From: a virus
Strand: one strand, 5' to 3'
DNA: 64,000 nt
IMG/VR virus record: IMGVR_UViG_3300046171_000138
How positions within the stretch are numbered: the first letter of the stretch is position 1; every line of letters starts with the position of its first letter. The translations under genes were made by a program, and so were the position numbers. Below the pieces are notes generated by a model, which was not told the DNA's origin, did not search any database, and was given only the letters and a program-made list of their open reading frames with translations. Positions 34,201 through 41,237 of this stretch are shown here, piece by piece.

Positions 34201-36370
34201 CTTCTTTAGCGAAGTTGCGCTAGCAGGTAGAGGATATACTGAAGCACCATCTATTGTTATTAGAGGAACTGGTGCTGGAAACAACGGTGCTGTGATTGAA
34301 TCAGAAATTGAACTTGATGAACCAGCAGTCAGAATGGGTATTGCCATTGATGAAGCAGGATCAATTCAATCTACAACTCCTACTAGATTCAACTTCGAGT
34401 ATCCAGTATACCTACAAAACAATTCTGAATATGCACTCAACATCGAGTGTGACAGTATTGAATATGAACTATGGGCATCTAGACTAGGTGATACTGACAT
34501 CTCTTCTGGTATCGTTGTTAATGCACAACCGTTACTTGGTTCTGTATTCAAATCACAAAATGTAGATAACTGGACTGAAGATCTGTTTGAGGATATTAAG
34601 TTTACTCTATACAGAGCAGAATTTGATAACTCTAGATCTGGAGAAATTCTAATTAAAAACGAAGATCCTGGATACACAAAGCTAGAAAACAATCCAATGG
34701 AGACATATGCGCTTGCAAATAGCACAGCAACATCTAGTCTTTTCAAAAATAACAGTTCTGTTATTAAGGTATACCATAGAGATCATGGGTTTGAAACTGG
34801 CGGAGACTCCAAAGTATTCTTCAGAGGTCTAGAAGATTTTGCTGGATATGATTCCAACACAGTAGAATCATCGTTGTTCCAGGTATCTAATGTTGGTATT
34901 GATACTTATAACATCTATGGTCCTACTAGAGCAGCAGACACTGGATTCTTTGGTGGTTCAACTGTACTAGCATCGTACAATAGAAAGTACGAGAAACTCT
35001 ATGCACAGATTCCATATCTACAAGTTTCTGGTACAAAGATCGACAGCATGGTAAGAACTACTAATATTGTTCCTGTTGATAGTAATACTACTAATTTTAC
35101 TTCTTATTCTATCTCTGACTTTGAAACTACTTTCTTGAACGAAGAGCAGTATTTCTTGAATCAAAAGGTTGTTGCTTCTACCATCAATGAAAGCTTGAAT
35201 AATCTAGACACTTCTCTAGCATACAAACTTAAGTTGTCTTCAGAGCAATCTTATCTATCACCTGTCATTGATTTGAGATCTGCTTCTGTTAAAACAATCA
35301 CTAACAGAATTGAGAGTGCGGTTGGTAGTGAAGACAGATATGGAAAGAGATATCAACAGATTCAACTCTTCCCTGTCTATAAGTTTACTGTTAGTGGCAA
35401 TGAAGACTCTGGTACTGAAGTTCCTATTGTTATCAATCAAAATGTTACTGGTGTAACATCAGGAGCACAATCAGAAGTTCTTCGTGTCATTGGTAGTGAT
35501 GTATACGTAAAGATTAAGAACTCGGTAAACTTTGATATTGGCGAGCAATTGTTCTTTAGCACACAGTCTGCTGCTGGTGGAGATCTAGAAGGCATTACGG
35601 TTACTATTTCTAATGACGGTATCTTTGACCAGAATCCTAATTTTGTTGCTGGAACTACAGTAACTGCATTCAATCCTGCACAAAGAGTAGATAAGTATGA
35701 GAACAAGATCAGCGGTAAGGTAGTTGTTTGGGATAGCAAGACCAAAACTCTGACTCTTGAAAATGATAAGAATCCCATTAATAACAATTACACCAGTGAG
35801 ATTACACTGGGTAGTGATTATGCAAGAAATAGCACCACAAGTGAGCAACTTGCTGATGTATTCAGAGTAGGAGATCTTATTGACTTTGAGGGAGCTTCGT
35901 TTGAAACTTCCAAGTATGCAGAGATTAGATCTATGACATACACAGTAGGTGTTGATTATGTTAATGAATCTGGATCTGTAAATACTTCTGGTGTTGCCAA
36001 GTATGTTACTAGAGAAATTGTTCTAAACGCTCCTGCTTCTGGAATCAATGTTAATCTCACGGTTAATGTAAGTGATGTCAGCAACTTGCAAGTTCTATAT
36101 AAAGTTAAACCTGAAGCATCCCAACAAAAGTTTGATGACCTTAACTGGGAATACTTCAATAATAACGGTGCTTCCGATGATGATGTTATTGCAACAGCAG
36201 AAAATAGCATCTCGGGTCAGTTTGAATCCCAGTCTTCATATCAAGAATTGAAGTTCAGTAAAGAAGACTTACCTGACTTCTCTTCCTTTGCAATTAAAAT
36301 TGTTATGAAATCTGATAATCCTGCATATGTCCCTAAAATCCAAGACATGAGAGCAGTTGCATCCTTCTAA
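28259..36370 (+). CDS. VrlC/DUF4815-type giant virion structural protein (2703 aa)
   Basis: PYFDDY...FYKVLFRP...QGRELNTTQSILQNQIE N-terminus; LARRTYDESGDY; NPMAQTF. Confidence 0.85.
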   Translation: MPQKTNLKAAPYFDDYDSGNDFYKVLFRPSYPVQGRELNTTQSILQNQIESYGKYAFKQGDLVVPGEVGLNKKLDFVKLSSVSEVAVSVDDEIIYQKYDINNLIGQKINGLSSGVVALVQSIVSATDNNADTLYVKYLNAGDGGNEERFRQGETLEVVDGINSPLLVVGTDGSVLPTSVAVTDPDTQVTTFVESGAMGFASAVQVEEGVYFVNGYFVRNSADLIVVDGYSDNPSVKVGFKVTETLVTPEEDPTLYDNAFGSSNYAAPGAHRLKISLSLVRYSFEETTDKNFIQLLSIKNGVIQKQVRQAAYNTLENTLARRTYDESGDYVVDSFDFDIREFYQRPGNRGVYAPGVNGLIGPNGLSASEAANTMVATIGPGKAYVRGFEIVNKETKYIDVDKARDTLSRDNVTIKSNGLASFTITNVFNTLPLNAEGADLTAYPTIFLNSTYNDGVNGSNDLESSTDYIQTIERRGLGYGKDDAIKTIYLQAAIDLGLIDESSIEPNTPSNKADIKTLYFVSSRTSANGVASTESVKVLSFAKVTRPEVGDVNAQYLQLTVLGRKDFLDNLFLEYDDNVSTKRRFLYKSLAEVQQEINDVGYIVDYSNTIVPLVGIAKPKDVSLVGRPDGFNADTDIVISRGKLADGTAIYNGKFNLSYFNPVFFTRLLVDSTISNGFAPGKYITGSTSGAYGVVEGNTNGFLSLGKSLYVKTLYGTFLPGETITSEEGDLLRIAGENTISHFVVSRQGTGYTAGSRVSVNGTRFELKDVNVGINGGTLYKIEILNRDVLQTEYSAPPTIDIEGTSTIVANVIPVLFKNTVLTYTAQNVKSLYSEFGSSSKFSADIETQDTEFSETKAVTQYTFSGTKGYKYIECNGFGADASLMLVQGDVIQFNDDTGRLNKFIVDLVTIPKGTDKSRIYFNSALPDTVTSVAVVRLRPIITNGTTSTLLFPTGSKEVGSLVKSTEDTKISYYIRRDFVTTGSDNGGNITFAAQLDFGTQRFVPFTEKDFLITVLDKGGSDLVETGDVVYVSPDFVSILNTTDATSGLSSGSITLTFPGNYFGNNVTNFPKLKLTATIEVSKGRPKLKTAIKNKRVVITSAGDQVLPLRGLDYDSDSSEVLSYSDVFKVRYIYEGSTSAPPTVDVNGNLVVGTDLTDRFTFDDGQRDTFYDVSRIVLKPGFTPPTGQVVVAFDYFEHSQGDFYTVDSYIHEAGVVADEIPDFNSAVHGNLSLKNVIDFRPKVDSTAIITGFQDTSLLSQAEYINFIGAGGSVSSTPSSARSLPYTISFTESQYLDRIDGVFLNKKGEFIIKQGNSSLNPSKPEIIEDGIPLYYIFIPAFTKSSKDVRITSVDNRRFTMRDIGKLEKRIERLEYYTTLSILEQQALNMQVKDTLGIDKTKSGFLVDNYETHAVGNVKSIDYLCSIDAQQSVLRPQSKEDNFALKEVNTRSDQRRIAGYTNSNGVITLPFSNVSYANNDFATKTLNPNPFVVLQYVGDAAVHPNVDQWYNDTVAPLVTDNNTNLFSVFLGKQDVRVAFSSIYNSFIINWVGVDKSFYNLKSFAENNTRTAEATVQSATTSTSSNISPQNNEIAKGVGYKTINGTNVANALKFFARSIPIKFIIRRMKPKTQLSVFMEKRDIGRWVNPDSRFTGIAGNSLTVFSGNITTDEYGNASGIILVPSGYAPKENTSWTGDVNTVIMDDTSEELYFSTGAKTIRFTSSSSDSDITTVDSFAEVKFYATGLLPEAPVSIISTAPAIFKANEGVQTIDSNTENSARPNPMAQTFTVENFEGGMFTTGVDLFFNKKSSTIPLRVYVTNVESGKPGKYILPGTQTTLYPDTFIKVYSSGNITIKKDESITGRQSLASGPIAKILDRNNFEVVPSSNGDIFLTNEQVYTFVLSNHNGSSFIANEDLTLNSVTTYNNANNATIGLKIAKDSGRVSKLNITNLGSGYESATITIESPQLPGGSNATGSVKVSGGQIFFSEVALAGRGYTEAPSIVIRGTGAGNNGAVIESEIELDEPAVRMGIAIDEAGSIQSTTPTRFNFEYPVYLQNNSEYALNIECDSIEYELWASRLGDTDISSGIVVNAQPLLGSVFKSQNVDNWTEDLFEDIKFTLYRAEFDNSRSGEILIKNEDPGYTKLENNPMETYALANSTATSSLFKNNSSVIKVYHRDHGFETGGDSKVFFRGLEDFAGYDSNTVESSLFQVSNVGIDTYNIYGPTRAADTGFFGGSTVLASYNRKYEKLYAQIPYLQVSGTKIDSMVRTTNIVPVDSNTTNFTSYSISDFETTFLNEEQYFLNQKVVASTINESLNNLDTSLAYKLKLSSEQSYLSPVIDLRSASVKTITNRIESAVGSEDRYGKRYQQIQLFPVYKFTVSGNEDSGTEVPIVINQNVTGVTSGAQSEVLRVIGSDVYVKIKNSVNFDIGEQLFFSTQSAAGGDLEGITVTISNDGIFDQNPNFVAGTTVTAFNPAQRVDKYENKISGKVVVWDSKTKTLTLENDKNPINNNYTSEITLGSDYARNSTTSEQLADVFRVGDLIDFEGASFETSKYAEIRSMTYTVGVDYVNESGSVNTSGVAKYVTREIVLNAPASGINVNLTVNVSDVSNLQVLYKVKPEASQQKFDDLNWEYFNNNGASDDDVIATAENSISGQFESQSSYQELKFSKEDLPDFSSFAIKIVMKSDNPAYVPKIQDMRAVASF

Positions 36371-36371
36371 T

Positions 36372-36557
36372 ATGAAATATGTAAAAGTCGAAGGACAAGA
36401 AGGATTTGTGCGAGATATGGAAACTGGTGCAATTATTTGCACCAACAAACCTCGTAAATCATTTTCCAATGAATTTAAGAATGTAGTAAGCGAAATAAAT
36501 ACTTTGAAGGAAGAAATGTCCGAAATCAAGTCCCTCCTTAAGCAGCTAATCAAATGA
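36372..36557 (+). CDS. Small conserved coiled-coil protein
   Basis: MKYVKVEGQEGFVRDMETGAII...LKEEMSEIKSLL. Confidence 0.75.
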   Translation: MKYVKVEGQEGFVRDMETGAIICTNKPRKSFSNEFKNVVSEINTLKEEMSEIKSLLKQLIK

Positions 36558-39106
36558 CACTACGTAACGTACCAAAGTCTTACACTCTTGAGCAGCAACG
36601 CTTGGAGATTAACGAAATTGCTGTAGATTTGGATACCGCTGTCGATGGTGCAAAAACATTTGGTGGGAGTAAAACATTCTCTAGTGATGTAACATTCCAA
36701 GGCACCGTAGACTTTGACGACATTGCAACATTCAATAGCAGTCCTACCTTTTCTGATAATGTAGCAGCGAACTTTGGTGATGATGCTGATCTAAAAATTT
36801 ATTATGATGGTTCGGTAGGTGTCCTAACATCGTTCATTGATTCTGATGCTTTGCAGATCAGATCAAAGACTGATACTAGTGAACTGTATGTCACAGCTCT
36901 CAAAGATGGTCCTGTCGAACTTTACTATGACGGTGCTAAAAAAATTGCAACTAGTCTTACAGGTGCGACAGTTTTAGGAGATCTTGAAGTTAATGACGAG
37001 TTACATTCTGCATCTGGAACTTTTATTCTAAAAACGGCAGATCAGATAACTCCTGGTCAGATGGTTACCGAAGCTGTTTTTGGTGGATCAATGTATGTAC
37101 CATACGGTTTCAGTACATATCCTATTGGCGACTTCCCTGGTGGTAGTATCAACGAGACATCTACTAATGCTGGATTTAGTGTAAGCAACGGTGGACAGAT
37201 TTATATTGCTAACATTAGTGGAAGTTCTCTCTGGAAGGGTAGACAAGTAGGAACTGCTGGAATCACATCAGAAATCGATGCTCCTGGTAATGCCACGTTT
37301 GCAGGAACCTTGAATCTTGGACCAACTGGTAATACATCTATCACAAGCAATTCTGATGGTGCTGGTGGATATCATACAATGCTTGCAAATAGTAGCACTG
37401 GTGATCTTTACTTAAGAGGTACAGAACTATACATTCAAGACACTGCCAATGCTAATGAAGCATGGATTCATTGCTTACCAAATGCTGGTGTTAAGCTTAA
37501 TTATGCTGGTGCTACGAAGTTTGAAACCACTTCTAGTGGTGTAGAGGTTGGTGGCAACGTAGACCTAACTGATTCTACAGTAGATCTTTACTCTCAAACA
37601 ACAAACACAGGATCGAAAACTTTCCAACTGTTTTCTGATATTGGTGGAACGAAGGTTGAAAAAGTATCTTTACAAGCTAACGGCGATGCCACTTTTGTTG
37701 GAACTGTTGATGCAGCAGCATTTACCATTGGTGGTTCTCCATTCACTGCAGGTAGTATCGCAACCACATCCTCTACTGGTGTTGTACAACCAGATGGCAC
37801 AACCATCGCTGTTGACAGCAATGGTGTTATCAGCGTAGCTGGTGGTGGCGACCCATTCACTGCTAATGGATTCAAGTTTGGCGTCAATGAAGGATCTGGT
37901 CCAACAGCAACACAAGGTGAGATCAGACAGATTAGTGGTAAACCACATTTCTATGATGGAAGTAACTGGCAAGAGTTTATTCTTGGTAGCACTCAAACAG
38001 CTACTATCCCAGCAGAAACTGATTGGGATAAGGTTCTATTAAGATCCACTTTCGATAGTGATTTTAACGACGTAAAGTTTGGTGACACTGGCACTGCTCA
38101 AATTTATGGCGGTATAGCTGCCTCAACCCTTGTAGGAACCCCCGCCAATTATGGAGCGAAAGTTCTAAAAACAGTTGGTAATGGTGTTAGGTATGACGAC
38201 AGAAGTGACTATGATTTCACTAACACATTTACATTAGAGTTTTGGATTAATATAGATTCCGCACCAAACGCTTCTCTGACTGGGGTAAATGATAAGTATG
38301 TTATTGTATCAAAATCTGCTGGCACTCTTGCTGGAAGTAATAATAAAACTGCAGGAGCGACAGGTGGTGGATGGCAACTATATTATGCGTATGTTGGTGT
38401 TAACATAGGATGGAGACTTGACATACATGATACAGCTACTAATACAACTAATACCATAGGTTTTCAAACCGATAGTAGCACGGTTTTTGCTAGCAAATTT
38501 GTACAAAGTTGGAATCATATTGCTTTAGTAAAAGAATCTGATGGACAACTTCATTTTTATGTAAATGGTCTAGAAGATATCACTTGGACAAAGGGAACCT
38601 CCTATAGTGGCACCAATATGTCCAATACTTCCGAACCAATTTTATTTGGAGGAAGTCAAGTATCTACTAACACTGCTGGTATTGTTGATGCATATATTGA
38701 CGATATTCGTTTTACAAAAGATGCTAGATATACATCACTTCAAACTAGTAACACGCAATCTTTCACACCACCAGCAGCAGCACATCCTGTCAGTGGCACT
38801 ACGACAACTTATACACCACCTGCAACTAGCAAGGCTGGTGAGATTACGCTAGGTGCAACTCCTACGTGGACTGGAACAGCAGGAGCAACGGTATCACGAC
38901 AGTCTGCTGGCAACTATGAGCTGAACTTTACAAGTCCATTTACTAATGCCACTGACTACTATGTTATTGCTAATGTCATGGATATTAATGGAACAACGAA
39001 TTTAGAAATAACGAGATCTGCTGACAAGATAGCTTTTAGTGTCCTAGCGGGGGGAAGTGCCACTGATAGTGGATCGATCGCTGTCCAAGTTATTGCACAC
39101 TCATAA
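36554..39106 (+). CDS. Tail-fibre-like protein with a LamG/concanavalin-A-like domain
   Basis: Fibre-type repeats (VELYYDGAKK, VKLNYAGATKFETTSSG); FTLEFW...WNHIALVK...YVNG...IDDIRFT at about 38.2-38.7 kb. Confidence 0.75.
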   Translation: MTLRNVPKSYTLEQQRLEINEIAVDLDTAVDGAKTFGGSKTFSSDVTFQGTVDFDDIATFNSSPTFSDNVAANFGDDADLKIYYDGSVGVLTSFIDSDALQIRSKTDTSELYVTALKDGPVELYYDGAKKIATSLTGATVLGDLEVNDELHSASGTFILKTADQITPGQMVTEAVFGGSMYVPYGFSTYPIGDFPGGSINETSTNAGFSVSNGGQIYIANISGSSLWKGRQVGTAGITSEIDAPGNATFAGTLNLGPTGNTSITSNSDGAGGYHTMLANSSTGDLYLRGTELYIQDTANANEAWIHCLPNAGVKLNYAGATKFETTSSGVEVGGNVDLTDSTVDLYSQTTNTGSKTFQLFSDIGGTKVEKVSLQANGDATFVGTVDAAAFTIGGSPFTAGSIATTSSTGVVQPDGTTIAVDSNGVISVAGGGDPFTANGFKFGVNEGSGPTATQGEIRQISGKPHFYDGSNWQEFILGSTQTATIPAETDWDKVLLRSTFDSDFNDVKFGDTGTAQIYGGIAASTLVGTPANYGAKVLKTVGNGVRYDDRSDYDFTNTFTLEFWINIDSAPNASLTGVNDKYVIVSKSAGTLAGSNNKTAGATGGGWQLYYAYVGVNIGWRLDIHDTATNTTNTIGFQTDSSTVFASKFVQSWNHIALVKESDGQLHFYVNGLEDITWTKGTSYSGTNMSNTSEPILFGGSQVSTNTAGIVDAYIDDIRFTKDARYTSLQTSNTQSFTPPAAAHPVSGTTTTYTPPATSKAGEITLGATPTWTGTAGATVSRQSAGNYELNFTSPFTNATDYYVIANVMDINGTTNLEITRSADKIAFSVLAGGSATDSGSIAVQVIAHS

Positions 39107-39135
39107 ATACTAAAATAGAGGAATAGTCTGGTATC

Positions 39136-40560
39136 ATGCCATTAAGAAACGTACCAATTACATATACCCTTGATCAACAGAGGCAAGAGATTAACTCCCT
39201 TGCTTCTGATGTTAATAATATTGATGTCAGCTTTGATGAAAAGGTAGATGATAGAGTCGCTGCCCTATTACAAGGTGGCGTGGGAACAGCGGTTACTTAT
39301 GATGATGCTAATGGATCCCTAACAATTGATCTAGCATTCAATGAGTTTTCCACAAGTTCTGTTCTGGAAGGTACTAACCTTTACTATACAGATGCCAGAG
39401 CAAATACTGCTATTGACACGAGAGTAAATCAAAATTTTGTTAACAACCTGAACATCACTAATCTTGGTCCTCAAGATTCTATTACTCTTTCTCTAGGCGA
39501 GACTACTAAAACATTAACTCCTCTTAACTATAATAATACATCATGGGATGCTGCATATAGTTGGGGTGATCATGGTGCTGCAGGATATCTGACTGCTTAT
39601 ACAGAAACTTCTACTTTAGATAATGTACTATCCAGAGGTGCTTCATCTTCACAAACGGCATCTTTTGGTATAGTAAAATCCGATACATTTACATCACAAA
39701 CAGGGTCAACAAACCTGTCTCTGACTGGAAATAATATTATTGCTACAGCAGATTTAAGAGTTGGTACTATTGATACTTCTCTATCTAATGACTATGGTGT
39801 CAGAGTAAATGCTGATGGTGAAGTTATTATCAACCATGCGCCATCAAATGGTGGTCTAACTCTTAAATCTGGTGGTAACTCTACATTCACTGTTGATAAT
39901 TTAGGAAGATTGAATGGTGTTGTTAAGTTTGTAACGTCTGACGGAAGTGCAGGTCAATCTCTACAAACTGATGGTTCTGGACAATTGGTTTGGGGCGAAG
40001 GTGGTGGAGCAAATGTCGAAGTAAGTGACAGTCCACCGTCTGGAGCCACCAGTGGAGATATGTGGTGGGAGAGTGATTCAGGTCGCTTGAAAGTCTACTA
40101 TGATAATGGAGCTAATCCTGCAGCATGGGTTGATGCATCTCCCCCACTCAAGATTAGTGCTCCCAATTCTGCTTTTGCAAACAACACGGGAAGTCTATCT
40201 GCAGACTCCCCTTCGGATCCTATCTTTGAAGATACTAACGGTGTCTTTAATGTAACTATTCAAGTTAGTACATTCACTAAAAATAGAATTAGTGTTCTAT
40301 TAGGATCTGTAACAGGATCTAATAATACTAATGGCACTGTTATTCTACAAAGAGTTGTAGGAGCAACTACTACTGATATTTGTACAGTTAAGTGTCCTGA
40401 TCCATCTGTAACTGGTATCATTCCAATTGCATTTGACTTCATCGATTTGCATGGACTGAATACTGGAGATAATGTCACTTATCAATTATCTCTAACACTG
40501 AATGTTTCTGGTACTAGAACTGTATCAGAAACAAGTCAGTTATTTGTTACTGAAATTTGA
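39136..40560 (+). CDS. Tail-fibre-like structural protein
   Basis: N-terminus paralogous to the previous gene; EGTNLYYT, DGSAGQSLQTDGSG and GDMWWESDSGRLKVYY modules. Confidence 0.7.
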   Translation: MPLRNVPITYTLDQQRQEINSLASDVNNIDVSFDEKVDDRVAALLQGGVGTAVTYDDANGSLTIDLAFNEFSTSSVLEGTNLYYTDARANTAIDTRVNQNFVNNLNITNLGPQDSITLSLGETTKTLTPLNYNNTSWDAAYSWGDHGAAGYLTAYTETSTLDNVLSRGASSSQTASFGIVKSDTFTSQTGSTNLSLTGNNIIATADLRVGTIDTSLSNDYGVRVNADGEVIINHAPSNGGLTLKSGGNSTFTVDNLGRLNGVVKFVTSDGSAGQSLQTDGSGQLVWGEGGGANVEVSDSPPSGATSGDMWWESDSGRLKVYYDNGANPAAWVDASPPLKISAPNSAFANNTGSLSADSPSDPIFEDTNGVFNVTIQVSTFTKNRISVLLGSVTGSNNTNGTVILQRVVGATTTDICTVKCPDPSVTGIIPIAFDFIDLHGLNTGDNVTYQLSLTLNVSGTRTVSETSQLFVTEI

Positions 40561-40591
40561 AATAAATAACTAAACGGAGAGATCTTAAGCA

Positions 40592-41236
40592 ATGGCAATC
40601 TTATTCCCAGATACCGCTGGACAACCCACAGACGGTTCATTCACACATACCGATGGTGGGTTAACCTGGATCTGGAATGGAACCAGCTGGAGATCCAGTG
40701 GCGGAACCCTGGATACATTCCAATTACCCACAGCAAGTACCACAGTATTGGGTGGTGTTAAGGTAGATGGTTCTACAGTTAACATTGATGCTAATGGTGT
40801 CATCACTGCCTCTGGTGGCGGTGGAGGTGGCGGCGGTGGAGGTACTAGTCTAGGAAGTAGACAAACTTTTAATGCTTCTACTAGTGGTTCTCATTCCGAT
40901 GGCACATCAGAAAATATTACTATTACTGCATACAAAGGATATGCATTATATAAAGTTGAAGTATCTCAACCAGCATGGGTAACTTTGTATGTTAGTTCTG
41001 CTACTAGAACTTCTGATGCTAGTAGAGTAATCACACAAGATCCTGCTCCTGGCAGTGGAGTAATTGCAGAAGTAATTACACAATCATCTGCTGAAACTGT
41101 ATTGTTTACTCCAGCATTGATTGGATATAACGATGACGCTACTCCAAGTACAAACGTATACTTGAAAGTTGTAAATAAAAGTGGATCTACACAAGGTATC
41201 GACGTAGAGCTAACGGTAACACAACTAGAGGCATAA
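40592..41236 (+). CDS. Fibre-associated structural protein
   Basis: WIWNGTSW, LPTASTTVLGGVKVDG and poly-Gly linker. Confidence 0.65.
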   Translation: MAILFPDTAGQPTDGSFTHTDGGLTWIWNGTSWRSSGGTLDTFQLPTASTTVLGGVKVDGSTVNIDANGVITASGGGGGGGGGGTSLGSRQTFNASTSGSHSDGTSENITITAYKGYALYKVEVSQPAWVTLYVSSATRTSDASRVITQDPAPGSGVIAEVITQSSAETVLFTPALIGYNDDATPSTNVYLKVVNKSGSTQGIDVELTVTQLEA

Positions 41237-41237
41237 A

